From the UHGV virus genome UHGV-1352483: a DNA stretch of 64,000 nt; one strand, 5' to 3'. The notes beneath the pieces were generated by a model. That model had not been told where the DNA came from and did not search any database. It saw only the letters and a list, made by a program, of their open reading frames with translations. Shown piece by piece: positions 28,635 to 40,400 of this stretch (its first letter is position 1; each line of letters begins with the position of its first letter). A program made the translations under genes and the position numbers. The stretch is from a virus.

Positions 28635-29261
28635 ATGAAAGTAAATTTAAAAGAAATTCAAGTAGGAGATGTATTCTCAGAAGAATCTCATTATGTAGTA
28701 AACAAGATTGAGAAAGATAAGATTGAGTTCCTTCATCTTGAGAGTAATAAAGTTGTTAGCCTTAACAATAAGTATGTTCAGGACTTACTTAATACTTCAG
28801 ACCAGTACGAAACTGAAGTAAAAGTAGGTAAGGAAGATAAGAAAGATGGTACTCCTGGTATAAGAACCATATGGGAGGGTATTAGGTCTTCTGAGGTATT
28901 CACTGTTATATTCAAGAAACAGGATAAGCCTAAGACAAAGAAACAATATCTTCAAGAGCTTGATAATCAGAGAACAGAAGCCATTGCTCTTATAGATAAA
29001 GCCAAGAAGAATAAGAAATCTATGGCAGAAGCCTACAAGGAAGCTCTTGAATTGGTACAGAATAACCCAATAAAGGATTATATTGAAGGGGAAGATAGGG
29101 TACTCCGGGGTTATAAGCTACAGTTTGTTTCCAGAGATGGAAAGTACAAATGTATAGATGTAGATGTTAAGAAGTCTGCAAAAGAAACAGGAGAAAGGTT
29201 AGTTAACATTAATACTATCTCCTGTATCATATACAATGGTACTAAATATGTAGTTGAATAG
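28635..29261 (+). CDS. hypothetical protein
   Basis: 208 aa, charged. Last gene before a strong terminator. Confidence 0.4.
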   Translation: MKVNLKEIQVGDVFSEESHYVVNKIEKDKIEFLHLESNKVVSLNNKYVQDLLNTSDQYETEVKVGKEDKKDGTPGIRTIWEGIRSSEVFTVIFKKQDKPKTKKQYLQELDNQRTEAIALIDKAKKNKKSMAEAYKEALELVQNNPIKDYIEGEDRVLRGYKLQFVSRDGKYKCIDVDVKKSAKETGERLVNINTISCIIYNGTKYVVE

Positions 29262-29263
29262 TT

Positions 29264-29297
29264 AAAGGAGGGGATTAAGTCCCCTCTTTTTTTTTTC
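29264..29297 (+). terminator. rho-independent terminator
   Basis: Stem GAGGGGA (29268-29274) / TCCCCTC (29280-29286), loop TTAAG, then T10. Confidence 0.65.
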
Positions 29298-29343
29298 TTT
29301 ATCTTATTATTGTTATTACCTTTAAAAGTTTATCTTTAATGTA

Positions 29344-29374
29344 TTGTATATTAGTAGATAATTACTTACCTTTG
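29344..29374 (+). promoter_or_regulatory. candidate Bacteroidetes sigma-A-type promoter (-33 (A)TTG ... -7 TACCTTTG)
   Basis: TACCTTTG (29367-29374) matches the Bacteroides -7 consensus TAnnTTTG. A TTG-containing -33-like element lies about 20 nt upstream. It sits 37 nt before the ATG of the giant RNAP ORF. Confidence 0.35.
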
Positions 29375-29411
29375 CCAAATCAAATAGTTAATAAACAAAA
29401 AGTAAAATCAT

Positions 29412-32400
29412 ATGGCGTGTGTAAATACCAAAAGTAAAGATTTTAAAGCTATCCAAAAGAAGTATAATGCATCTTCGGGTACAGTAGAAAATGCTATTAA
29501 GATTTGGCTTGATAGAACAAACTCTGAGGAATATAATCCTGATAGTCCTGAGTTCCAGAGTCATTTGGCAGACTACTTTAAGCAGGGTAATTCCAATGTA
29601 TTTTCCTCAAAGAGTGAATATACCAGAGCTAAAACTGTATGGGATTCTCTTGTAAAACCATTCAGGGATACTGATACTCTTCCTACTTATACAAATAAGA
29701 ATGAGGCTCAGAAAGCCAAACAGAAAATGGATAATATATTTGGTGAAGACCAAGTTACTATGTATGAAAGTCCTACAGGAGAATATATCATAAATGTAGC
29801 TGAACCTATATATAACAAGGAGAAAGTACAATCTGCTGAACAAGAATTGGAGAAGGTGCTGACTCCTGAAACAAGTCCTTTTGAAGAAGCTGAAAATCTC
29901 GTAAGGAGGTTAAAGGAAGATTCAAAGGAGCATATAAAGTTCAATCCTGAAGACCATTCTTATGAAGTTGATGGAGTAAAGGCTGATACCAGTGTTACCC
30001 AATATATACATGGTAAGAAGGATTTGGGAGCATGGGGGATACCAAGTTCTGCAATAGGAACTACAGCAGATACTATAACAAGGGACTTCTTTGCAGGGGA
30101 TTTGAAGAAAGAATATCCTAATATGAGCAAGAAGGATTTAAGGAACCTTGTCAGTGACTTAAAGGACTTGAAGAAATACTTTGATAAGAGGTTTGGGGAA
30201 GGCAAATACAAGATAGTAGCTGATGAATTTCCTATAGCTGCTAAGTATACAGTACAGGACAAGAATGGTAACAGTATTACTAAAGTGATGGCTGGCACTA
30301 TGGACTTATTCATATATGATGATAAGGGTAACTTCTATATCTATGATATGAAAACCTCAAGGAGTGGAATATCTGATGGTAAAAAGGAAGGATATAGTAA
30401 ACAGCTTACATTATATAAGGCTATACTTGAAGCAAATTATCCTGAACTGAGAGGTAAGATTAAAGAATTGAAGGTCATACAATTCAATGTAGGATATCCT
30501 TCTCCCTATAACAGGGACGGGAATATAGTAAACATATATGAAACAGGGGATACTGAGCTTGGAGAAGATGCTGGGCAGTTATATATTAATGAGGTAGCTG
30601 TTCAGGATTCAGGTGAATACAGTGCTCCCAGATTGAATATTACAGACTCTATTGAAGATGCCCTGATTCCATTGGAAGAACAGGATATTGAAGCTCAGTT
30701 TGAAGCTTTGAGCCCAGAAGAAAAAGCAAGTATGGAGGAAGAGATAGGAGATAAACCTGTTAAATTGTCTAAGTTTGAACAGGATGAAGAAAACTCGCAG
30801 AGAGGTAATCTCTATGGTAATCCTATTATAACAGCAAGTGAAAGAACCTTCCTTGCCAATAATGTAATGGGAATGACTTCATTCATTATAACCCATTTAC
30901 AAACAGCTCAGGAAGCTAATGAGCATTACTTTGGTGATACATTTGCTGGAGTTGACTTTACTAAAATGTCAAGACAGGATATCATAAACAAAGTAGGAGT
31001 AGGCAGGGTATTCAATTATATAAAAGAATCCTTTTATAATCCTGATAACAGGACAGATATTGAAGACTTTGATACTCTTGATAAATTACAGCTTGCTTAT
31101 GATAATTGGAGTGCATTAATCAAATCAGCTTATGCCAAATTGATAACTCTCGAAGGAGTAACCGTCATAGATTCTGCTCCTGAGGATATTACAAGAGAGG
31201 ATGTTGAAGATAGTTTTCAGGAGGAACTGGACTCTGGTGCACTTGAAGAACATGAAAGAGAGTATTGGCAAATAGGACAGAGACAGATATCAGCAAGGTC
31301 AAGCTTAAGTGGGGAAATAAGAAGAACCTTTGAGAGACTGAAAGCAGTTGATTCTGATGGAAATCCCATTAAGGATAAATATGGATTCGGGTTTGATACT
31401 TTTGTAGATGCAGGAACTGCTGTAAATGGTATCCTTGATTGGGTTAAGGAAGCTACCACCATGAAAGAAATGGAGGATATTCTTAAAGAAATGGCTCCTT
31501 CCTATCCTTGGTTGAATGCTATTCTTGATAAGATACAGGATGAGCCTTTCAGGTCTCAGTTCTTTCAGAATTTCAGAAAGGATTTTACCCAATACAGCAT
31601 TATTACTGTAGAATATGATGAAAAAGGAAACAGGAAATATGTGACCAATATCATTAATACCAAAGGGGCTACAAAGACTATATTGGATAATGTCCAGACT
31701 GTATTTAAAGAAGGTCTTATGCCTAATCTTATTATCCCTATCAAAGGGGATATAGAAGGAAGGGGAAGAGTAAATACTGATAAGGTTGAACAGCTAAAGG
31801 AACTAAGAAACAGTATAACTTCTAAGTTAAGGGATGCCTTTACCAATCAAAGGGTATTCCGTACTGCTATCAATAATGCTGTTCCTGATATTACTTCCTT
31901 ACTTAACCAAATAGGCATAGAGGTTACTCCTGATTCTATAAGGTCTGCCCTTAGCAAGGATGCTTACTTCAAGCAACTTACAAGTGCTAAATCCACTAAG
32001 ATACTTAATGAAGTCTCTTATTTATTAGACACCTTACTTGATAATAAGGATAATCAAACTTACAATCCTCTCGAGAAAGGAGCTGAAGGCAATATATATG
32101 GAAACTATCGTAATATAGTCAGGGAGTTATCCAGATATATACAGGACAGCATAGAATCTTCAACATATGAGAATGGCAAGATGCATTATTCATTTGTTAC
32201 TCCTTCATACATGGGAAAGCTAATTCTTAATCTGAAAGATGCTCTTGGAAACAGAGATAAGTTCAGGGATTTCATGCAGGAAAATTATGGCAAGTATAGA
32301 TGGTTCAAGGATGGTAATACATGGAATAATGAATGGTTACAGCTCATAAATGATGATACAAATATGAGACAGGCTCTGGAGCATAAGGTACAGTTATCTT

Positions 32401-35400
32401 TTGATAAAACTCCCTATACTGACTTGAGTGAAGTAGGATATACTCTGTCAATGATGAATGAATACTTCTATGATAAAGCAAAGAAATACGCATGGTATAG
32501 AGTACCTATTCTATCAAACAAACCTTCATCCGAGTTCATAAAGTTCAAGAGATATAGTGGTAAGAATTATAAAAGAAACATTACTGCTGGTCTTAAGAAA
32601 GTCATGAATCAGGAGATATTAAGAATGAAGACTGCTTTGGAAAGAGCATCCAATCCTGATATTGAATCAATCTCTAACTTCGATATAAGTAAGAAGGTTC
32701 TCAATAAGAATCCTAAACTTGCTGAGAAGATAGCAAATAAGGAAGTATTGACCATTGATGATTTGGTAAAGGATGGAAAACTTGTTCTTGAAGGCAGTGG
32801 GGCTGAATTCAAATTCCTTAGTGCCTTAAATCAAAATATCATCAACAAGGATGAACTTGGAATGATGATTGTTAATAAGCTCAATGGAATTGAAGTTGAT
32901 GAAGTAGCCTTTGATACAGCTTTCCAATATGCTGTTAACTCCTACATGAATGCTATGGTAGCTTCTGAAATGAGACAATGGGGAGAGATAGGATTATTTG
33001 ATACTGAAACTATCACTAAGTATGTAAAGGGTAAAAAGGAAACTGAGGAAAGGTATAAGTATATTTCACAATTTGGCAAGACTGATGAGGAAATTCAGGG
33101 TGCATTGGAAGAATATATATGGAATGATATGTTTGCTACAATTAATATAATTGAGCTTACAGCTACAGACCTTGCATATTACAAGAATGTAGAAGACTTC
33201 CAAAAGAGGTATGCACAGGTTCATTCTCCTGCAATGAGGTTGAATACTGAGGCTAAAGATTCTAAAGGTGCTCTTTACTCAAAGGATGGAAAAACAAGAA
33301 CTATCTATGTTGCTGATAATATAGTTGTTTCTGAAATCATTCCTAATGTGGAGGCTGTACTTAATAATAAGATTGATTCTATAACAAACCCTACTGAAAA
33401 AGCTCATATGAGAATGATGAAGGACTTGATAATTTCTTCATTTAAAGGAATAAATGTAGCTGACGCCCAAGGTTATTCTTCCCCTACTTCTTATAGAAAG
33501 AAAATGGGAATGAGTGGTAAATGGGATGATAGTATGGAAGAAGCTTATGACAGAATTAAGAAAGGAAACTTCAATGTTAATGACCTGGGAGTTGTATGGC
33601 AACCACTTAAGCCTTTTGTATATTCTCAGATAACTAAGGAATCAGGAGCAGAATCAATGGTTAACCTTAAAGTTCCTGTTCAGAATAAGAACAGTGAATA
33701 TCTTCTTATATTAGCTGATGCTATTACAAGAGGAGGAAATAAGGTAAACAGGCTTACTGCTATCTTTGATTTCATGGAAGATTCTGCATATGATGGCAGG
33801 ATATCAGAAAATGGTAAGGTAATCAAGGAGGGTACTTACAATGGTATAGGAATTGATACAGTGCAATTTGAGTCCTCAGTTAAATCAGGTAAGATGGGAG
33901 TCATTGATATCAACGACCTTGAATCTTATGAAGATATAAAGAGTGTACTTAATGAGGCTACTTATTTTGATTCAAGTAAAATGGAAGTAGAAGAGAATGG
34001 AATGGACAGATATAATGACCAGTATATTCACACTATTCCTTTTGAAGACTATGGAATACAGCAGGAAGTGCCAGCCCACTTGATTGACCATAATCAGCTA
34101 ATGGGTTCTCAAATGAGAATATTAAGTATAAGTGACATTACTCCTGGTACTATATTCAAGATAGGAGACAGGGAAATGAAGGATGCTGAACTTGTAGACA
34201 CTTATCAGAAGCTGATAGCAGACAATGTAAGGGACAGTTTTGATAAACTTATGAAAGCCCTTAAGATTGAGGGAACTAAAGTCGAAAGGAATCAGGCTTT
34301 GTCAAAGTTACTTACAGAAGCTATTCAGAAAGACCAAAGGTATGGAGCTGATTTACTCAGAGCATGCTCATTAAATGAGAATGGGGACTTTGTAATTCCA
34401 CTAAGTGACCCTATACAATCTGTAAGGATTCAACAACTGATTAATTCTATAATCAAGAGTAGAATCAATAAACAGACTATTAAGGGTGGGCCGGTTGTTC
34501 AGGCTTCTGTATTTGGACTGTCAGATGATTTAAATATCAGATGGAAAGATAAGAAAGGTAATCTTTTGAAAACAAGACAGGAGTTTATGAATGAACAAGG
34601 TGAGAATTTCACAGATGAATCCTATAGCAAGTATGTACAGGACAATCAAGACTCTGTAGCTTACTTTGAATGTTATATGCCAATTCCTTCTTCTGCACTT
34701 GAGCAGGCAATGACAAAGGCTGATGGCTCAATTATGTCTATTGAAGAGGCTGTTAAGGAAGGTATAATTCCTGATGAAATGAGAAAGGCAATAGGATATA
34801 GAATCCCTACCGAGGATAAATACTCTATGGCTCCCTTATATATCAAGGGTTTTCTACCTAAAGCAGCAGGAGAAGCTATAATGCTTCCTAAAGAAATAAC
34901 CCTATTAAGTGGTTCTGACTTTGATATTGATAAAATGTATGTAATGCTAAAAGAATTTCAAAGGAGAGATACTACTAACTGGGGATTACTTAAGAAGGAT
35001 ATTTTAAAGAATATACCAGAAGGAGTAAGAAAGAAAGAAGCAATAGATAAGCTTGATATAGCTATTGATATGATTAGAAATGGCAATATCTCTTTTGAAG
35101 AAGAGAGCTTTGAAATGTCTGTCTTTGATTATTATCAAGACCATTTGAGCAGATATAATAGATTTGAGTTTATTCAGAAAGGAAGTGATAACATAGGAGA
35201 AAGAAACAATCAGATATTTGATTTACAGTGGGCTGTACTTACTAATGCAGATACAATGGATAAGATGTTCAATCCAGGTTCATTTGATGTACAGAAGAAG
35301 AGTGCAAGAATCATTGAGATTCTGAAGGCTACTAATAAGTATTCATATGAGGACTTATCCAAGATGAATCTGAACCAGCTTGATGAAATCTCAGAATCTA

Positions 35401-37460
35401 CATCAGGAAGGAATATAATATTTTCTACAACCCAAGCATATTTCCATAAACAGAATATGACAGCAGCTAAGTTGATTGGTATATTTGCTAATAATAACAC
35501 CAGTCATGCTTTTCTTTCCTTGCAGGATATATACCTTAAACCAGGAAAAGATTATAGTTTTACATTTAATGGAGTAACTGTAAGTGATTCTGAGAATAAT
35601 AAGATTGATGCTTTGGTAGGAAAGGATGGTACTTTGATTAGTAAAACCATTGCAGGATTCCTAGCAGCCTCTGTTGATGCTGTAAAAGACCCTGTATTGA
35701 ACTTTATGAATCTTAATACATTTACTGCTGGTTCTGCAATGACTTTAGCAAGGCTTGGATTTGACTCTGACAGTATAGGAATGTTACTTACCCAACCAAT
35801 AATTGAGAAAGTGACAAGAGAATACTTTAAGAGGAACAATGAAGGATATGCTTCTGCTGATGATATTATACAGGAGGAACTCAATCTCTTGCAGGAAGTT
35901 GAAGGTATAGATTATAGAAGATTGAAGAAGGATTTGGTTAATACAGATTTTACAAAAGAGGAATTGTCTAATGGTATAACGAAAGGGGATATGGGAACTG
36001 AATTCCAAGTTAGGGCATTATTGCTCTTTCAGAACTTAGCTACAATATCTCAGGATTTAAATACCCTTACTTTCCTTACTAAGTTTAATTCTGTAACTAA
36101 TGCAGTAGGCCCTATGATTGCTGATACCCTTGTTATGAGGGAAAGGTATAATAAGTTCCTTGATAAGATGGAAACTAATCCATTATTCAGTGGAAATGCT
36201 GCAAGAGTAATAGATAATTCTCCTATACTTGAATCATTCTATGATACAACTGTATCGGATATGGGGGCTTCAAGAAGAATATTTGAAGGGTATTTTCCTC
36301 ATTATTCCAGTGCTTTTTCTACTATACTTGATAGATTAAGACAGACTACTAAGGCAAACTTAGACAGTAAAACTATCAATAAACTGGCTAATGACTTTAT
36401 CTTATACAAACTTACTATTGGAGACAATCCTGTTCTTGATTCAAATTATCAGGTAAGGAATGAATTTATAAATGGGTTTGTAGAGAGATTCAAAAAAGAA
36501 GCATCAGGTATTATAGATAATGATTTGATAAAGGTCATTACTTTAAAGGGAAGGGATAGTAAATGTCCTGTTCCTACACTTGAGGCTAAGACAGGCGGTT
36601 ATACTATTGATGTACAGGAAAGAGTTAAGGATGGTTGGAGTACATTGATATCCAATCCTGCTACGAGGAAACTTGGAGTAGAATTATTCTTCTATAATAT
36701 GTTCAGGAGCGGGTTCAGCTTCAGTCCTAAAACATTTATGCACTTGGCTTCTGTAGATGTCAAGCAGGCAATAGAAGGATATGTGGAAAATCTTAGGAAT
36801 CCTGAGTTTAATGATTCGTCTGTTATAGCTGATGAATTCCTTAATCAGTATCGAAGAAACCATACTCAGGACTTCAGGATTGTACCTAAATTCTCAGAGA
36901 ATAAATATGTTAAAGTTACTGAATCAAAGAGTGTAAGTAAGGAGAAGATTATTACCTTTGCATTTAATAAGAATAAGGAAGGGATGAACAGTATTATTGT
37001 AAAAGACAGTAAGGAAGGAACTGTTTATGCCCCTGTTATTACTTATAATGATAGAGTATATATGAATCCTGTTGATGATGGCAGTTCAGTAAGTTACACA
37101 GAGACTACTTCTCTTGGAAATCCTAATAACTTCCTGGAATATAATGCTGGTGAAGGTACGGGAATAAAATCTGTAATAGGTCAAACTACTGTAGCAGACA
37201 AGCAGGAATACAATTCATTATCCAATGATTCCATAGAGGAAGCTGATAAGCCTCAAGAGGATACAGCTCTAACCCCAGAGGAACAACATTATGTAATGAA
37301 TGAAGTATTTGCTCCTGAGGAAGCTGCATCAATAATGGGTATGACTTCTGATGAAGCAGCTCTTGAGAAGTTTACAGAACTCCTTTCAAAGTATGCAGAA
37401 GCAGAGTCTTCAAATCAAGCTAAGGATAAACTAAAGAAAATACTACGTAAATTGTGTTAA
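29412..37460 (+). CDS. giant virion-packaged RNA polymerase-like protein (crAss-like vRNAP)
   Basis: 2682 aa. LLSGSDFDIDKMY (nt about 34911-34931, aa about 1835) matches the DxDxD catalytic loop of double-psi beta-barrel RNAPs. Size and its position beside another giant ORF at the end of the module fit crAss-like vRNAP genes. Confidence 0.55.
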   Translation: MACVNTKSKDFKAIQKKYNASSGTVENAIKIWLDRTNSEEYNPDSPEFQSHLADYFKQGNSNVFSSKSEYTRAKTVWDSLVKPFRDTDTLPTYTNKNEAQKAKQKMDNIFGEDQVTMYESPTGEYIINVAEPIYNKEKVQSAEQELEKVLTPETSPFEEAENLVRRLKEDSKEHIKFNPEDHSYEVDGVKADTSVTQYIHGKKDLGAWGIPSSAIGTTADTITRDFFAGDLKKEYPNMSKKDLRNLVSDLKDLKKYFDKRFGEGKYKIVADEFPIAAKYTVQDKNGNSITKVMAGTMDLFIYDDKGNFYIYDMKTSRSGISDGKKEGYSKQLTLYKAILEANYPELRGKIKELKVIQFNVGYPSPYNRDGNIVNIYETGDTELGEDAGQLYINEVAVQDSGEYSAPRLNITDSIEDALIPLEEQDIEAQFEALSPEEKASMEEEIGDKPVKLSKFEQDEENSQRGNLYGNPIITASERTFLANNVMGMTSFIITHLQTAQEANEHYFGDTFAGVDFTKMSRQDIINKVGVGRVFNYIKESFYNPDNRTDIEDFDTLDKLQLAYDNWSALIKSAYAKLITLEGVTVIDSAPEDITREDVEDSFQEELDSGALEEHEREYWQIGQRQISARSSLSGEIRRTFERLKAVDSDGNPIKDKYGFGFDTFVDAGTAVNGILDWVKEATTMKEMEDILKEMAPSYPWLNAILDKIQDEPFRSQFFQNFRKDFTQYSIITVEYDEKGNRKYVTNIINTKGATKTILDNVQTVFKEGLMPNLIIPIKGDIEGRGRVNTDKVEQLKELRNSITSKLRDAFTNQRVFRTAINNAVPDITSLLNQIGIEVTPDSIRSALSKDAYFKQLTSAKSTKILNEVSYLLDTLLDNKDNQTYNPLEKGAEGNIYGNYRNIVRELSRYIQDSIESSTYENGKMHYSFVTPSYMGKLILNLKDALGNRDKFRDFMQENYGKYRWFKDGNTWNNEWLQLINDDTNMRQALEHKVQLSFDKTPYTDLSEVGYTLSMMNEYFYDKAKKYAWYRVPILSNKPSSEFIKFKRYSGKNYKRNITAGLKKVMNQEILRMKTALERASNPDIESISNFDISKKVLNKNPKLAEKIANKEVLTIDDLVKDGKLVLEGSGAEFKFLSALNQNIINKDELGMMIVNKLNGIEVDEVAFDTAFQYAVNSYMNAMVASEMRQWGEIGLFDTETITKYVKGKKETEERYKYISQFGKTDEEIQGALEEYIWNDMFATINIIELTATDLAYYKNVEDFQKRYAQVHSPAMRLNTEAKDSKGALYSKDGKTRTIYVADNIVVSEIIPNVEAVLNNKIDSITNPTEKAHMRMMKDLIISSFKGINVADAQGYSSPTSYRKKMGMSGKWDDSMEEAYDRIKKGNFNVNDLGVVWQPLKPFVYSQITKESGAESMVNLKVPVQNKNSEYLLILADAITRGGNKVNRLTAIFDFMEDSAYDGRISENGKVIKEGTYNGIGIDTVQFESSVKSGKMGVIDINDLESYEDIKSVLNEATYFDSSKMEVEENGMDRYNDQYIHTIPFEDYGIQQEVPAHLIDHNQLMGSQMRILSISDITPGTIFKIGDREMKDAELVDTYQKLIADNVRDSFDKLMKALKIEGTKVERNQALSKLLTEAIQKDQRYGADLLRACSLNENGDFVIPLSDPIQSVRIQQLINSIIKSRINKQTIKGGPVVQASVFGLSDDLNIRWKDKKGNLLKTRQEFMNEQGENFTDESYSKYVQDNQDSVAYFECYMPIPSSALEQAMTKADGSIMSIEEAVKEGIIPDEMRKAIGYRIPTEDKYSMAPLYIKGFLPKAAGEAIMLPKEITLLSGSDFDIDKMYVMLKEFQRRDTTNWGLLKKDILKNIPEGVRKKEAIDKLDIAIDMIRNGNISFEEESFEMSVFDYYQDHLSRYNRFEFIQKGSDNIGERNNQIFDLQWAVLTNADTMDKMFNPGSFDVQKKSARIIEILKATNKYSYEDLSKMNLNQLDEISESTSGRNIIFSTTQAYFHKQNMTAAKLIGIFANNNTSHAFLSLQDIYLKPGKDYSFTFNGVTVSDSENNKIDALVGKDGTLISKTIAGFLAASVDAVKDPVLNFMNLNTFTAGSAMTLARLGFDSDSIGMLLTQPIIEKVTREYFKRNNEGYASADDIIQEELNLLQEVEGIDYRRLKKDLVNTDFTKEELSNGITKGDMGTEFQVRALLLFQNLATISQDLNTLTFLTKFNSVTNAVGPMIADTLVMRERYNKFLDKMETNPLFSGNAARVIDNSPILESFYDTTVSDMGASRRIFEGYFPHYSSAFSTILDRLRQTTKANLDSKTINKLANDFILYKLTIGDNPVLDSNYQVRNEFINGFVERFKKEASGIIDNDLIKVITLKGRDSKCPVPTLEAKTGGYTIDVQERVKDGWSTLISNPATRKLGVELFFYNMFRSGFSFSPKTFMHLASVDVKQAIEGYVENLRNPEFNDSSVIADEFLNQYRRNHTQDFRIVPKFSENKYVKVTESKSVSKEKIITFAFNKNKEGMNSIIVKDSKEGTVYAPVITYNDRVYMNPVDDGSSVSYTETTSLGNPNNFLEYNAGEGTGIKSVIGQTTVADKQEYNSLSNDSIEEADKPQEDTALTPEEQHYVMNEVFAPEEAASIMGMTSDEAALEKFTELLSKYAEAESSNQAKDKLKKILRKLC

Positions 37461-37461
37461 T

Positions 37462-40400
37462 ATGTCAAAAGCATGTGTATGGATACCTACTGTAGAAGTA
37501 GATGGTAAAGAAGTAGAAAGCAGGTTATACAAAGACCTGCTTTCATATACTGGGAATAGAGAGTCCACAAAATACTTGTGGGCTCTTGCCCAAATACCTG
37601 AGTTTACAAGCCAACTCAAGGGTATAAAGAGGGATGGAAACGGTGAAATAACATTCGATAGCTTTAATAAGGCTATCAATGTAAAAGATGTACTTGATGG
37701 AAAGACTTCTCTTGTAGAGGAAAAGAAATCGTTGGATGCAATAAATGATAAAGGAAACCCTATTGTACACAAGGATATTACCAATATAATTGATAAGGTA
37801 ATAGACTTTAATATGAAGGATGAAAACAAGGAACTTGTTGCTGATGTTCATAAAGTGGATGATGGATATACAATATCCGTTGACTATAAAACTCCAGAGA
37901 ATTCTGAGGTTCCCAATACTCTTATGTTCAATAATTCCCTAAACAATAAGCTGCTTGGAATAATGAACAGGTTAGGTTTTACAGCTAAAGTTGATGATAA
38001 TCTGACCTATAATGGAATATTCAATCCCTTAGATACTGATAACACTGTTGATGGGCTTAGGACTGTAATAAAGGTAGCTAAAGGAGAAAGAGGAGAAGAA
38101 GCTTTTCCTGAAGAATTCAGTCATTTTATTATTGAAGGATTAGTCAGTCAACCATTAGTTGAAAGACTCCTGAATTCACTGAATGATGATGCCGTATTAC
38201 AAAGAATACTGGGAGAAAACTATGAAGCTTATAAGCAACAGTATAATGGGGATAGATTCATGCTTCAAAAGGAAGCAGCAGGTCAATTACTTCAATCCCA
38301 TATTATAAAAGAAGATGTTCCCGTATCAAAGAACTTAGTATCCAGATTATGGAATTGGGTTAAGAACAGGCTATCAAGGCTCAATGAATCTGATATTGAC
38401 AGAGCCATAAGGGAAGCTAATGAAGGCTTTGCTAAGTTAGCCAGTAAGGTTAAAGATGAATCAATACTTTCCTTACTTGATGGAGTAAATATGCTAAATA
38501 CCAAGCCTCTATATAGTTTAGGAGGAGAAGTTGACAAACTACAGAATATAGCAGAACAAGCCCTTGAGGTAGCAAGTAGAAGGCTTAAAATTATACAATC
38601 AAGAAGTAAGAATGGTAAATACAGTGAGGAAGATTTGGCATCAATAAAGAATCTCCAAGACCTGATTTCAAAGAAGAAATATGCCAAGAGTGCTTTGGCT
38701 TTTCTTACAGATAGCTTAGTTCAGATTGAACAACTTGACAAACAACTAAACAGACTTAAAACAGCTGATGTCCGCGAGGATTCAGACCTTGGAAAGATAA
38801 GAAAGACCAGTTCTATATTGAGGAACATTAAAGAGTTTTCTGATGCATATGCTCCAATCATACAGGATATGATGAGTATAGGAGCTATGCAAAAAAGAGG
38901 AGATATAGATTTATCAGAGGAAGATGCAGAGGCCATAAGCAACAGGGCAGCAGATATATTCAAGATTATAAATGATGTTGCCTCAAATTATAAGGAACTT
39001 AGATTCAATACAGTATATAATTTCCTTAAATTATATTGGGGAGAAGATAAGATAATTGACTCTGGAAAAGATAAAGGGAAAAGAGTAACTCTTGAGATGC
39101 TAATGGAAATGGCTCAAAAGGATATTAACGGGCTAGACAGATGGATAAGTTCATTGAGTGATGCCTCAGACCCTCTTTTATCAGTTATAGATAAGAGTGT
39201 AAAAGTATCCCATGCTAACAGAGATAGAATCCTTGAGGATGTACTTGCAGATTTAAGGGGAGTACACACTAAACTAAAGGATGCTGGATTTGGTACAGAC
39301 TTTATGTATGAAAGGGATAAGAACGGTAAACTTACAGGAAGGATTATCAGTGACATTGATTTTATAAGATTCAATGAAGAAAGGCAACAGTATATTGATG
39401 AACTTAAGAAAGAAGGGCATGAATATTATGTTATCAAGTCTAAGGTTGAAGCTTGGGAAAGGAAAAGAACTGAGGCTGTACTGATAGATGCAGAAACAGG
39501 GAGAAAGGAAATACTTCCTGCCAAATCCTTATATGGAACTAATACCCTTAGTAAGTTAGCTCCTGCACAAAGAGAATACTATGATGCTATGATAAAAACC
39601 AAATCATTCCTTGATAGTTTGCTTCCATCAAGATATGTAAGCACTTATAATGCAGTACAGATAAGGAATGATATTGTTGAAGCAGTAGCAGATAATATAA
39701 CAGACCCAAAGAAAGCTGCAAAACTTGTAATTTCAAACTTGAAAGATAAATTTGTAAGAAGGTCTGATGATACAGAATTTGGAGAAAGGCTTGATAAAGA
39801 GCAGAAGGTAATGTTGGACTTCTCAGGAAATCCTGTTGAAAAACTTCCTGTATATTATACAAGGCAGTTGGAGGACTTGGATAGATTAAGTACAGACTTT
39901 ACTTCAAGTATATTGGCTTATGCAGGCATGAGTATCAATTACCATGAAATGAATAAGGTAGTTGATGTACTGGAACTTGCAAGAGACCTAGTTAAAGACA
40001 GACAAGTACAACAGGTATCAGGGGATGCTAAGTTGGTTGAAGCCTTTAAGGTAGTACATAAGAAATTCAGTAAGGCTTATACAAAGCCAGGAGAAAGAAC
40101 CAACATAGGTGACAGACTTGACGATTATTATGCTTCTGTATTATATGGAAAGAGTAAAAGGGATGAGGGTACTGTCAACATATTCGGACTGGAAGTTGAA
40201 GCAGCCAAGCTGCTTGATGAAGTAAAGAATTACACAGGAGCTGTAGGACTGGGATTAAATCTATTCTCAGCTATAAGTAATGTTACAATGGGTAAAATGC
40301 AGATATTCATTGAGGGAGTAGGAGGAGAATACTTCAATCTTAAAGACTCTGCAATAGGCAAGAAGAACTATTATGCCCTGTTACCTCATTATTTAGGGCA

